The notes under the pieces: model-generated | Database searches by the model: none | Told to the model about the DNA's origin: nothing | The model's input: only the letters and a program-made list of their open reading frames with translations | NCBI GenBank assembly: GCA_036396655.1 | Contig: DASWKK010000138.1 | Span: forward strand, 11,385-75,384 | Reading direction: 5' to 3' | DNA: 64,000 nucleotides | Source: Acidimicrobiia bacterium | Lineage (GTDB): Bacteria; Actinomycetota; Acidimicrobiia; Spongiisociales; ZC4RG35 | In this document: in pieces, positions 45,445-54,854 of the stretch | Position numbering within the stretch: position 1 is the stretch's first letter | Layout of the letters: every line of letters begins with the position of its first letter | Made by a program: the position numbers and the translations under genes

Positions 45445-46269
45445 ATGACCTTTCTCGCATCGATCCCGTCGCCGCCGGTGAACGGCTTCGACATCGGCCC
45501 GCTCCGGGTGACGTTCTACGGGATCGTGATCGCGATCGGTGTCTTTCTCGGCTGGCAGCTGACAGTTCGGCGCATCCAAGCCAAGGGGGAGGACCCCGCG
45601 GTCGCCGAGCGGGTCCTGATCTGGATGGTGGTGATCGGCTTCCTCGGAGCCCGGCTTGCCTACGTCTCCACCCATCTCTCCAACTTTGAAGGAGAGTGGT
45701 GGAAAGTCATCGCGATTTGGGAGGGCGGGCTCGCCCTATTCGGCGGGCTGACCGCCGGTGCGCTGACCGTGATCATTCTCAGCCGGCGCTGGGGAATGAG
45801 CTTGCCGACCCTCCTCGACTCTCTGGCACCGTCGGTCCCGCTCGCCCAAGCATTCGGACGATGGGGCAACTACTTCAACCAAGAGCTGTTCGGAACCCCG
45901 ACCGACCTGCCTTGGGGTTTGGAGATCGCTCCCGAGCACCGGCCCGAGACCTATGCCGATGCCGCCACCTTCCATCCGACCTTCCTCTATGAGTCGCTGT
46001 GGAACTTCGCACTCGCCGCGGTGATCATCTTCCTAGACCACCGTCTTCCCTCCCTCCGGGGGAAGCTCATCGGGTTATATCTGGTCGGCTACGCGACGAT
46101 GCGCTTTGGCCTCGAGTTGATCCGGACCGACACCACCTACCGCTTTTGGGGGTTGAGCCGCAACGCCTGGGTAGCCCTGGCGGTTATAGCGATCGGAGCA
46201 GGATTGCTCACCCGGACCGGTCACCGATCGCCCGCGATCGACCCACCGCCCCCGGCGGGGGCAGACTGA
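45445..46269 (+). CDS. lgt: prolipoprotein diacylglyceryl transferase
   Basis: YGIVIAIGVFLG, GARLAYV, GRWGNYFNQELFG signature. Confidence 0.9.
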   Translation: MTFLASIPSPPVNGFDIGPLRVTFYGIVIAIGVFLGWQLTVRRIQAKGEDPAVAERVLIWMVVIGFLGARLAYVSTHLSNFEGEWWKVIAIWEGGLALFGGLTAGALTVIILSRRWGMSLPTLLDSLAPSVPLAQAFGRWGNYFNQELFGTPTDLPWGLEIAPEHRPETYADAATFHPTFLYESLWNFALAAVIIFLDHRLPSLRGKLIGLYLVGYATMRFGLELIRTDTTYRFWGLSRNAWVALAVIAIGAGLLTRTGHRSPAIDPPPPAGAD

Positions 46270-46345
46270 GAACACAGTAATTTCTCAAGAAACTGTTTGA
46301 CAGACCCGATGAAGGGGAAGGAGAGTCTTTCCTTCGTCAGGACCT

Positions 46346-47392
46346 ATGGTCGAGTCAATTCCAGTCCGCAAGCGCTTGGGGCGGCTGGCGCTGGTCGTCA
46401 GCATGGCCGCGTCTGCCCTGATCCTCCCGGCGGCGCCGGTTGAAGCCGCTGAGATCGGGGCCTATGAGGTCTGCCTTCTCGACGCCGTCAACGCTTCCCG
46501 TAGATCGGCCGGAGCCGCCCCGTTGACGATGGCTTCCGACCTGGTTCGGCCGGTTCGGGCCCACTCCGAGTGGATGAGATACAACGGGTTCGAGCACATG
46601 AGCAGTTCGGCGAGGAATCAGATCCTGCCGCAGGGTTGGTCCACCTGGGGCGAGAACATCGCCATGAGGGGCAACGAGAATGATCCCTGTTCCCTGGTTC
46701 ACGACATGTTCATGAACTCCCCGGGTCACCGAGCCAACATCCTCAACCCCGCCTTCAAGTTTGTCGCACTCGGTGCTTACAGCGACAACTCGGGTACCTG
46801 GGTGACACAGTTGTTCTTCACCGCCAGCGGATACACCCCCGGTTTGAACGGACGATTCTGGGATGACGACAGCTCCGTCTTCGAAGGAGCGATCGAAAGC
46901 CTCGCCGCCAGGGGTATCACCGGTGGGTGTAACCCACCGACCAATGACAGGTTCTGTCCGGATGACCGTGTCACGCGGGGGATGATGGCCGCCTTCCTCG
47001 TGCGGGCCCTCAACATCAACAACAACGGCGGAGGAATCGATTTCGCCGACGACAATGGCTCCATCTTCGAGGGAGCGATCGAGAAACTGGCGGCCGCCGG
47101 TATCACCCAAGGGTGCAACCCCCCGGCCAACACCAAGTTCTGCCCCGATCAATTCGTGACCAGGGGGATGATGGCCGCCTTCCTGGTCCGGGGCCTCAAC
47201 CTCACCAATAGCGGCGGCGGAATCGACTTCGCCGACGACAACGGCTCTATCTTCGAGGACTCCATCGAGAAGCTGGCGGCCGCCGGTATCACCCAAGGGT
47301 GCAACCCTCCGGCCAACACCAGGTTCTGCCCTGACGACCATGTGACCAGGGGGATGATGGCCGCCTTCCTGATCCGGGGTCTCGACCGTTAG
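46346..47392 (+). CDS. secreted CAP/SCP domain protein with three SLH-like C-terminal repeats
   Basis: Signal peptide. CAP motifs GENIAMRG and MNSPGHRANIL. Three 62-aa repeats (F.DD..S.FE.AIE.LAA.GIT.GCNPP.N..FCPD..VTRGMMAAFL.R.L). Confidence 0.75.
   Translation: MVESIPVRKRLGRLALVVSMAASALILPAAPVEAAEIGAYEVCLLDAVNASRRSAGAAPLTMASDLVRPVRAHSEWMRYNGFEHMSSSARNQILPQGWSTWGENIAMRGNENDPCSLVHDMFMNSPGHRANILNPAFKFVALGAYSDNSGTWVTQLFFTASGYTPGLNGRFWDDDSSVFEGAIESLAARGITGGCNPPTNDRFCPDDRVTRGMMAAFLVRALNINNNGGGIDFADDNGSIFEGAIEKLAAAGITQGCNPPANTKFCPDQFVTRGMMAAFLVRGLNLTNSGGGIDFADDNGSIFEDSIEKLAAAGITQGCNPPANTRFCPDDHVTRGMMAAFLIRGLDR
46850..47389 (+). repeat. three tandem 186-nt coding repeats (SLH-like modules)
   Basis: Repeats 2 and 3 are near-identical at nucleotide level (for example GCCGCCGGTATCACCCAAGGGTGCAACCC in both). 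Period is 62 codons. Confidence 0.8.
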
Positions 47393-47466
47393 CAAACGGG
47401 GCCTCCGCCCACCCGCAGAATGCAACGCAACAGCCGGGCCTGATCTGCCGGATCCCCCCGAACTGC

Positions 47467-48129
47467 TCAACCCGGTGGGATCAAGACCGGGCCGCGCCGG
47501 TTAGCCCACCAGCGAAGGAACACCGCCACCCCCAAGAAGACCAGCACGATCGCCACCGAGTAGAGAATGATTCCCCTGTAGCCGGCGTCGCCACGAGGAT
47601 CGAGAAACGGATACGGATACCAGTCCACGATCGGCCCCCGGATCAAGGTCACGGTGAGGTAGACCGCCGGGAAAGCCAACCAGGTCGGTAACGAACTGGC
47701 CCTCAATGCCCGCTCCGGAGGAAACAGCAGCCAGTCGTTCAGCAAGGCCACCGGGCCCAGGGAGTGGAGGACGAAGTTGACCCAGGGATCGATCAGCCCC
47801 ACATCAGCCTCGATCGGGGCCAGCAGGACCGCATAGATCATCCCGGTGATGGTCATGTAGAGGGTCACCGCTCCCCGGAGCATTCCGTTGGACCTCATCC
47901 ACCCGGGCCAGAGAGCTTGCCCTGCCATCAACGCCACGGCCATGATGTTGGACAGGATGGTGAAGAAGAAGAGGAAGTTGCCGGGGGCGTAGGCAACCAG
48001 CAGGGCACCCAGGATCGACAACGCCACCACGCCTCTCACCACCCTGGCGACGGCACCCCGGCCAAGGATCGGCGCGTTGTTGTCACGAGCTTCCACCACC
48101 ATTACCTCCGTCCGAATGCGTCGCTGCAT
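47467..48129 (-). CDS. Pr6Pr / FAR-17a-AIG1-like membrane protein
   Basis: FFFTILSNIM, multiple TM helices, WYPYPFLD motif. Family call is from memory of the pattern. Confidence 0.5.
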   Translation of the reverse strand: MQRRIRTEVMVVEARDNNAPILGRGAVARVVRGVVALSILGALLVAYAPGNFLFFFTILSNIMAVALMAGQALWPGWMRSNGMLRGAVTLYMTITGMIYAVLLAPIEADVGLIDPWVNFVLHSLGPVALLNDWLLFPPERALRASSLPTWLAFPAVYLTVTLIRGPIVDWYPYPFLDPRGDAGYRGIILYSVAIVLVFLGVAVFLRWWANRRGPVLIPPG

Positions 48130-48150
48130 TCTGGCAAAGACACCGACCGC

Positions 48151-49158
48151 TCAGTCGGCTCCTCGAGCCCAGCCCACCAATACGGCGAGGGCCGAGCCCC
48201 AGAACAGGATGATCCCGCTCGCCAAACCCGACACACCGGTGACAACTCCAACGACTACGGCGATGAACGTGGTGGCCACCACCACTGCCATCACCGGGCC
48301 AAGCGGGTCTCGAGAATTGACCTCCTCGCCCTGCTCATCAACGGGTGCTCGCAGACGCTCAGGCTGGGAACTCGCCGATCCGGAGGCCAGCGCCGACACC
48401 GGCACTTTGACCTCCGGTCGATCTCGTCTGCCCAGTATCCCGAGTAGTCGCCGTTCCACCGTCTCGCGATAACGAAACCCCGCCCAAAGGGCGAGTGCGC
48501 CAACCGTGGTGGCCAGGACCCAAATCCAAGCCGGCGACCCCTCGAGACCGGCCATGGCGAACACTCCCATGGCGACGGCCGGGACCCGTCCCACCGTCGC
48601 AATCAACATGAAACGGCGAAACTTGATGCCCGATAGCCCGGCCAGGGCGCACAGGGCATCGTCGGGGAGCAGCGGGAGCAGGAACACCACCCAAATCAGT
48701 AGGCCGCCTCGTGCCGTCATCACGTTCTGATAGCGATGGATCAGGTCCTCGCCGACCAGTCGGACCGCCAGCGGCCGACCCCATCGTCGGGCAACCAGAA
48801 ACACGACAGCTGACCCAAGCGCCATCCCGGCGAGGCTCAGCCCGAGTGCCGGCCAGGGACCAAAGGCCAAGGAGCCGACAGGAGGAAAGAGCGCCCCAGG
48901 GATAGGGGCAAGGATCACCTGCAATGTCTGGGCAAGGAAGAAGGCGACGGGACCCCATGCTCCGAGGCTCTCCACCCACTCTCGAAAGGCCTCGGGGGTG
49001 GTCATAGTCGACGAGACGCCCTGCCACCAACCCCCGATCTCGGGCCCGAAAGTGACGGTCACCCAGACGCCGGTCAGGGCCAGGACGAAAGCGACGATCC
49101 AACGCACAGGCCAACGGACAGCACGGCTCTCCGATTGGCGCAAGTCGACCTGATCCAC
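48151..49158 (-). CDS. TVP38/TMEM64 (DedA-related) family membrane protein
   Basis: FFLAQTLQVILAPIPGALF ... LLPLLPDDALCALAGLSGI pattern, plus an extra C-terminal hydrophobic extension. Confidence 0.7.
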   Translation of the reverse strand: MDQVDLRQSESRAVRWPVRWIVAFVLALTGVWVTVTFGPEIGGWWQGVSSTMTTPEAFREWVESLGAWGPVAFFLAQTLQVILAPIPGALFPPVGSLAFGPWPALGLSLAGMALGSAVVFLVARRWGRPLAVRLVGEDLIHRYQNVMTARGGLLIWVVFLLPLLPDDALCALAGLSGIKFRRFMLIATVGRVPAVAMGVFAMAGLEGSPAWIWVLATTVGALALWAGFRYRETVERRLLGILGRRDRPEVKVPVSALASGSASSQPERLRAPVDEQGEEVNSRDPLGPVMAVVVATTFIAVVVGVVTGVSGLASGIILFWGSALAVLVGWARGAD

Positions 49159-49290
49159 CAGTCAATCCTCACCAGTCGGGACCGGACAGACAATCAGGGA
49201 GCACCCCCAATTTCCCCCGAGGCAGATCAGGGGTCTCGCGCGAAACAGGCCGTCCACTGGCATCGGGCGGCAACCCCCTGAGGCCGGACC

Positions 49291-49953
49291 TCAAACAGCG
49301 AGTGCGGCGTCTAGTGGGTGGGGGATCCGGTCGAGATCGACTGATCCGGTGAGCAGGCGTGCGTAGCGAAGCTTGCGTCGGGCGCCACTTCCCAGGAACC
49401 GCCGCATCTGTGCTTCGACCTTCTGGCCCCGCCAGGCGGGCTGGTTCTGCAACGAGCGGAACGAACCCAGGTCTCCTTGAGAGTCGAATATCACCTCGAC
49501 TCTGGCAGCGCCCACAGCTCGGATCAGCTCGTCCTCCAGATCCTCGACGCAAACATGAAATCCCAGGCGCTCCATGTCGGCGCGCGTCTGGGGAAAGCCG
49601 ACGCGGGCATCGGCGAGGCCACGCCGGAGGATGCCCTCCTCGCGGGCGTCGCATAGACCGGCGAGCCTCACGTCGGCTCCTTGGGGACCAAAACGAGTCA
49701 AGTAGCGCGCTAGCGCCTGGGCGCCACCGGTCGGCAAGATCACGGCACCTTCGGCGTCGAGGTCCCGACTGCGGCGTAGCGCGAGCGTCTCTAGCGCTAT
49801 CTGGTCGCTGATCCCCTCGACGAGAATGATCGTCCGGGCATCTCCGGCCCTGGCCAGCGCCCGAGCCGTCGCTTGAGTCGCCGCATCTGGGCCATTCACA
49901 TAGCCATCGAGCGCCTTTTCGGCGAGATTGCGGCGTCTCTCAATGTCCATCAC
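49291..49953 (-). CDS. stand-alone OLD-type Toprim domain protein
   Basis: IILVEGISDQIALE (Toprim Glu), LAGLCDAREEG (second acidic patch), VCVEDLEDELI. No ATPase domain. The start overlaps the stop of the upstream membrane gene. Confidence 0.6.
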   Translation of the reverse strand: MMDIERRRNLAEKALDGYVNGPDAATQATARALARAGDARTIILVEGISDQIALETLALRRSRDLDAEGAVILPTGGAQALARYLTRFGPQGADVRLAGLCDAREEGILRRGLADARVGFPQTRADMERLGFHVCVEDLEDELIRAVGAARVEVIFDSQGDLGSFRSLQNQPAWRGQKVEAQMRRFLGSGARRKLRYARLLTGSVDLDRIPHPLDAALAV

Positions 49954-50894
49954 ACGTGATAACTAGCAGTCGCACGCCGTGTCTTGACGAAACCTTCGAT
50001 GGCGCTCCAGCCGTATACGGCCACAACCCCGATCGAGATGCCTCTCGCCGCCTGATCCGCCACACCCGGAAAGCCAATGGCATCGAAAAAGGCCTGGTTG
50101 AGCAGGCTGCCGTCGAGAAGGAACCACAACCACCACCCGGCGAACGCGACGTCGAGAAGGGCGTTGATGGATGCCAAACCCACGGACCACCGGCCCACCC
50201 GGAACTTGACCAATTCGAAGCAGGCCGAGACGACCAGCAGGCCGAGGATCACCGGGATCGCCAGACCCCAGGCGTCGGGATCGAAGAAGGGAGCTGGCGT
50301 CACGCTCCGCTGGGCAAAGATGACCAGGACGACAAAGATCACAACGACCAGGGATCCGATGGTCTCGGCGTAGCCGATCTGTCGATCAGGAACGGCGGGC
50401 AGCCTGTCGGGTGTCCAAACCCTGTTGAATGGCTCGATGTCGGCCTTCGTCACCTCGTTTGATCTCTCAGCGACTGTGAAGCCGAGAGTCACCCAGAACA
50501 TGACGTTCAACGCAGCCACGATCGCCGCCCCCAAACCGTCGAAGAAGGCCCCCAAAAGGGTGTCCCCGACCACGTAGCCGACGACCGCAACAGCAACCCC
50601 GGCAATCGGGGGGATGATCTTCAGCAATGTCTTCATCACCCGCAGCCACGGGAGATAGAACGTGGGGCCGATGAGCCACAGGGGACGATCGGCGTAGTCG
50701 GCCGCAAGACGATCGGGGTCACCAAGCTCAGTGAGCACCGTCACCTCGACGGCGTCAGGATCCTCGCCCTGCCCCACCCTGGCCTCCACCGCGTCTTCGA
50801 TCGCTCCGCGAAGTTCGGTGTCCACATCGGCTCGCTTGTCGTCTGGGATCGACCGCAGCACCGCAGCCACGTAGCGCTCCTTCAGCCGGCTCAT
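49950..50894 (-). CDS. PadR-associated membrane protein with N-terminal HAAS/DUF1700-type helical domain
   Basis: ATG 50894 (ATGA overlap with padR). MSRLKERYVAAVLRSIPDDKRADVDTELRGAIEDAV... then about 6 TM helices. Confidence 0.6.
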   Translation of the reverse strand: MSRLKERYVAAVLRSIPDDKRADVDTELRGAIEDAVEARVGQGEDPDAVEVTVLTELGDPDRLAADYADRPLWLIGPTFYLPWLRVMKTLLKIIPPIAGVAVAVVGYVVGDTLLGAFFDGLGAAIVAALNVMFWVTLGFTVAERSNEVTKADIEPFNRVWTPDRLPAVPDRQIGYAETIGSLVVVIFVVLVIFAQRSVTPAPFFDPDAWGLAIPVILGLLVVSACFELVKFRVGRWSVGLASINALLDVAFAGWWLWFLLDGSLLNQAFFDAIGFPGVADQAARGISIGVVAVYGWSAIEGFVKTRRATASYHV

Positions 50895-51241
50895 GTTGTC
50901 TCTCCTTTTTGAAAATGGTCGAGGGACCGGGTCATCGCCGCCCAATCGTCCAGGAGTAGGGCGGCAACCTCGCTTCCCATCTCGCTTGTGCGGTAGTACT
51001 TGCGTGGTCTGGGATCGTCTGTGACCCACTCGCTGGTGAGCAGGCCCTGACGCTCCAATCGTCGCAACAACGGGTAGAGGGTGTTGGCGTCGGTGGTCAG
51101 GCCAGCCGACTCCAGAGACTTGAGCAAGGCATACCCGTAGTCCGGCTGACGCAAGGCCAAGAGGCACAACAACACCACCGATCCACGTCGCAGCTCCTGG
51201 CGCATCGAGGACAAAAGGTCAGGGTCGATCATGTGCAACAC
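50891..51241 (-). CDS. PadR family transcriptional regulator
   Basis: YGYALLKSLESAG......TLYPLLRRLERQGLL...W......PRKYYRTSEMG. Confidence 0.85.
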   Translation of the reverse strand: MLHMIDPDLLSSMRQELRRGSVVLLCLLALRQPDYGYALLKSLESAGLTTDANTLYPLLRRLERQGLLTSEWVTDDPRPRKYYRTSEMGSEVAALLLDDWAAMTRSLDHFQKGETT

Positions 51242-51249
51242 ACTTATAC

Positions 51250-51262
51250 TGTGTATTACACA
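51250..51262. promoter_or_regulatory. palindromic operator candidate upstream of padR
   Basis: TGTGTA-T-TACACA: perfect 6-1-6 inverted repeat, 9 bp upstream of the padR start, in an AT-rich patch. Confidence 0.35.
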
Positions 51263-51498
51263 CTATTGTCAATCGGACCCACCCGAAGACGCGACCGAAC
51301 TACTCGAAGACGATGATTCGCCTGCCGGCCACGATGACTCGATGCTCGAGATGGGCCCTGACCGCCGATGCCAGCACACTCGGCAATGTGGGTGGACACC
51401 TGGCCACGATGCCCGGCCTGTCAGGGCAGGCGAGCAACAGGACGGCTGAATAGGTCATGGTTTCCTCGTGACATGCGGGCGGCCAGGTACACCGATGG

Positions 51499-52383
51499 CT
51501 ACGGCCCGAGATCCGCCACCCAATCGACAACGAGGTCGCCGGAGACTCCCGCCGAGTAGATGTCGTCGTGGTTCGCCCCGGGGAGGACGATGACAGTCGT
51601 CCGGTGCCCGGCCTCTTCCAAAGCCGCGCCGAACTCGGTCGTGAAACTGGTGGGAACGATGGTGTCGTCCTCACCATGGACCAGAAGCACCGGCAGATCA
51701 GGGCGCAGGCCGGCCTTCAACAAGGCGTTTCCCGAGTCCCACAGGTCCGGGTCGGCGCTGTACGCCACCCCAAACAGCGACTCGGCGATTGCATCCCGGG
51801 CCACGTCATATGGCCCGGCAATCGCGACGAGGGCATCGGCCCTGGTGGTGGCTCCGGCGCAGTCGGGGGTGAAGTCCTCGGGAGCAAGAGCCGCCAATGC
51901 GGCCAGATGGGCACCGGAGGAGTGGCCAAGTAGGACAATCGATCCGAGCTCGATCCGGTTGGCCTCGGCGATGTCGGCGGCGAACCCGACCGCACATAGA
52001 ACATCCTCAACAGGTGTCGGGTAGACCACTCCGTCCACGGCGGCTCTCACCGACACCGTCACGGCCATGATTCCGGCGTCGGCCAGGTGTCGGGCGAGAC
52101 CGGCGAAACCGGAAGGATCAGCGGTGCGCCACGCTCCCCCCGGGATCATCACCACCAGCGGAATCGGAGCGGTTCCGTCAACCGGTATGAAAACGTTGCC
52201 CTCGAGCCCGGGAAGGTACCCCTCGGCGACCGACACGGTGGTTGATGTTCCGGCCGTGGCCGGGAGCGACGCCGGCGAAGGGGTGGGCGGCAACGACGTC
52301 GACGGTGGTTGGGGCGACGAACAGCCAGCGAGCAACGAGGCCAGGATCAGAGCGGCGAGGCGGATCGACCCACGCGCCGTCAT
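51499..52383 (-). CDS. alpha/beta hydrolase (esterase/lipase-type) lipoprotein
   Basis: ATG 52383. Lipobox LLAGCSS. VVMIPGGAW, nucleophile elbow GHSSGAH, LLVHGEDD. The track ORF's long N-terminus is rejected. Confidence 0.7.
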   Translation of the reverse strand: MTARGSIRLAALILASLLAGCSSPQPPSTSLPPTPSPASLPATAGTSTTVSVAEGYLPGLEGNVFIPVDGTAPIPLVVMIPGGAWRTADPSGFAGLARHLADAGIMAVTVSVRAAVDGVVYPTPVEDVLCAVGFAADIAEANRIELGSIVLLGHSSGAHLAALAALAPEDFTPDCAGATTRADALVAIAGPYDVARDAIAESLFGVAYSADPDLWDSGNALLKAGLRPDLPVLLVHGEDDTIVPTSFTTEFGAALEEAGHRTTVIVLPGANHDDIYSAGVSGDLVVDWVADLGP

Positions 52384-53300
52384 CGCATCGGGCGCCGAAC
52401 CGATTCGACCGGCTCGGTCGCCACGGTGAACAGGGGCCGGTAGAGGACGAAGGCGAGAGCCAACCCCAACAGGGCGAAGGTCCCGAATCCGATGGTGTTG
52501 GCCAACGAAGCCGAAGCGTCCTGGTTGATCTGCATCACGATTGCCATCCCCGCCACCGACGAGCCGAGCAGGGCGAACCAACCCACTACCCCATACTTGG
52601 CCCTCTGCGCCCATACCCGATGTCGCGGTAGACCGATACCCACACCGATCATCGCCGGGACCATGATCCCCAAGTCCATCAGCTTGACCAGCCAGTAGAC
52701 CCCGGGATCGGCCAGGTAGGCGTCGGAGAGCTCTCCACCCCACAGCTCGATGAGATGAGGAACATGCAGCCCGAAGAGAAGGAAGACGGCTGCAGCGAGC
52801 AGAATCGACCCCAGTGTCCGGTCGAACCGGGACGAGGTGCGGGGTAGGCGATTGGTATCGATCGAGGTCCAGGCCGTGATTGCCATCAGACCCCCGGTCA
52901 GGAACAGCCCGAGATTCAGCAGGAAGAAATCCTCACTGTTGCCTGGGTAACGCACGAAATCCCCTCCCAGGGTGAGCTGGGTGTAGGTGTAGACGGCGTA
53001 GACGGCAGGGCCCATGGCGATCACCGGGGCAGCCCGATGACCGCGCAGAGCGAGGATCCCGGCGATGATGCTCAACGGAGCCACCAGGAACAGGGCGGCT
53101 GCATCACCACCGGTCAGCTGGTCTATCGCCCCTTGGGACGCGTGGTATTCGATCACCCCGAGCATCAAAGGCCCGAGCAAGGCGCTGGTGGCGACGCTCA
53201 GCCCGAGGATGATCATCCCCAAGCCGAACCAGCGTCGCTGATTTGATGAGGGCCTGCCAATGAGGTCGGGCTCCACCGCGCGGGTTTTGAGATATGTCAT
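52380..53300 (-). CDS. hypothetical polytopic membrane protein
   Basis: Roughly 300 aa with 8 or more hydrophobic helices. Its stop overlaps the esterase start. No motif recognised. Confidence 0.45.
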   Translation of the reverse strand: MTYLKTRAVEPDLIGRPSSNQRRWFGLGMIILGLSVATSALLGPLMLGVIEYHASQGAIDQLTGGDAAALFLVAPLSIIAGILALRGHRAAPVIAMGPAVYAVYTYTQLTLGGDFVRYPGNSEDFFLLNLGLFLTGGLMAITAWTSIDTNRLPRTSSRFDRTLGSILLAAAVFLLFGLHVPHLIELWGGELSDAYLADPGVYWLVKLMDLGIMVPAMIGVGIGLPRHRVWAQRAKYGVVGWFALLGSSVAGMAIVMQINQDASASLANTIGFGTFALLGLALAFVLYRPLFTVATEPVESVRRPMR

Positions 53301-53398
53301 GAGACGAGTGTCGCCGAGAATCTGCAACCTGGATAGGGCAGATGGTCCTCTGGCGGTGGGTCAAACCGCCACATGGAAGCCACGGTGACCGGCGGTGA

Positions 53399-53830
53399 TC
53401 AGATGGCTTCCCGATAGTGGCCGGTCACCCCGGCCCAGGCATTGCTGGTGCGGCTCCGTCTTTGGCTTCCGATCTCGTCGCCGAGCTTTTCAAAGCCGGT
53501 CTGGACGAGACGGACCCTGGAGCCGGTCTCGATCTCGGTGAAGGTCACGGTGATCTCGGTGGCTTCGCTCCGGTCGAAGAACAGATGCCATAGATAATCG
53601 ACCCGAAACGGCGGCTCCCACACCACCACCTCCCCCCAGTCGTGCTCGGAGCCGTCAGAACCGCGCTCGTTAATCCGACCGCCGGGAAAGGGCTCGAATA
53701 CGACTGTCAGATCAGGGTCCTGGGTCACCGTATGCGATCGCGGCCACCACATCGACGGCTTCGAGGTCCAGACATCGAAGGCGTGGCTCGGCGCAGCCTT
53801 AACGTCGAACTCGACGACGATCGGTTCCAT
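53399..53830 (-). CDS. SRPBCC (AHSA1-like) family protein
   Basis: F.V.A....AFDVWT....MWWP pattern. The usual partner of ArsR-type regulators. Confidence 0.75.
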   Translation of the reverse strand: MEPIVVEFDVKAAPSHAFDVWTSKPSMWWPRSHTVTQDPDLTVVFEPFPGGRINERGSDGSEHDWGEVVVWEPPFRVDYLWHLFFDRSEATEITVTFTEIETGSRVRLVQTGFEKLGDEIGSQRRSRTSNAWAGVTGHYREAI

Positions 53831-53832
53831 TA

Positions 53833-54153
53833 TCAGGAGTTTGGCGTGTTCTCGGCTGTGAGGCGGAAGCGGACGGCGACTTCACCCCAAACTTCCTCCA
53901 TGTACCGCGCCAGGACGGCGACGCCCTGATCGTCGAGCCGATACAGCCGTCTGGTGCCTTCGGGCCGGTCGACCACGAGACCGGCCTCCTTCAGCAGACG
54001 GAGGTGACGGGAGACCGCAGGACGGCTGATCGGCAGGGCATCGGCGATCTCCTGCACGGACCGGTCTCCGCCTGCCAAACTTTCGACGATCGCTCGCCGA
54101 TATGGGTCGCCCAAGGCGGCGAATGGGTCGATCTCGAGCGGTTGTGCCGACAT
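53833..54153 (-). CDS. ArsR/SmtB family transcriptional regulator
   Basis: ATG 54153. ALGDPYRRAIVESLAGGDRSVQEIADALPISRPAVSRHLRLLKEAGLV. Confidence 0.85.
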   Translation of the reverse strand: MSAQPLEIDPFAALGDPYRRAIVESLAGGDRSVQEIADALPISRPAVSRHLRLLKEAGLVVDRPEGTRRLYRLDDQGVAVLARYMEEVWGEVAVRFRLTAENTPNS

Positions 54154-54409
54154 GTATATCAGGTGCTCTCGGCCGCCCGCTTCAGACCGTCGGCGAACAA
54201 CTCGAACGACCGGGCCATGCGGCCGGGTTCCAGCCCGGATAGGCCGGGGCATCGGTGAACAACTTCCATACCACCTCAGGTTTGGCATGTATCTCGCGGG
54301 TAACGGCATATCCGGTCATCGAATGACACCTTGGTTTCGGTGGTCGGCTTTGGCTCGTCGCACTAATGTAACAAAAAAGTTACCGACTGACTCTGGAGGG
54401 AGCCAACAA

Positions 54410-54829
54410 ATGTCACCAGCGCCATTCCGTGGCACCGGCACGGAAAGTGACCCCTGGGTCTTGAACACACCGAGCCTCGGGTCCGAGATCTCGATGCACA
54501 CCGACGAAGCCCACGACCCACCGATCCTGGTCTGCACGGTCGGCACGACTGTTCTCCATTACGACCTTCGGATCATCGAGGATCTGCACCAGATGCTCAA
54601 AGACCGCGGAGATTGGGTGCCGCTGGGTAATGCCGACGAGCAGAAGGTTGCAGCCGAGGGCACCGTCGAGGCATGGGCACGCTCGGACGACAACCCGGTT
54701 GGTGGCTGGTACGGATTGAAGAAGGGGCTACGGGGTCGAGTGGGCAACTACATCCCGCCGGTACTCGAAGCCCTCGGATTGGCCGAAGTCGAGCACAACG
54801 CCCGCAACAATCGGATGCGGGCCATCTGA
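54410..54829 (+). CDS. conserved hypothetical protein (DUF-type, unknown function)
   Basis: GGAGGG RBS then ATG 54410. GDWVPLGNADEQK..GTVEAWARSDDNPVGGWYGLKKGLRGR...NNRMRA looks like a conserved family, but I cannot name it. Confidence 0.5.
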   Translation: MSPAPFRGTGTESDPWVLNTPSLGSEISMHTDEAHDPPILVCTVGTTVLHYDLRIIEDLHQMLKDRGDWVPLGNADEQKVAAEGTVEAWARSDDNPVGGWYGLKKGLRGRVGNYIPPVLEALGLAEVEHNARNNRMRAI

Positions 54830-54854
54830 GACCGGCTTCGACTACAGACGAGCC

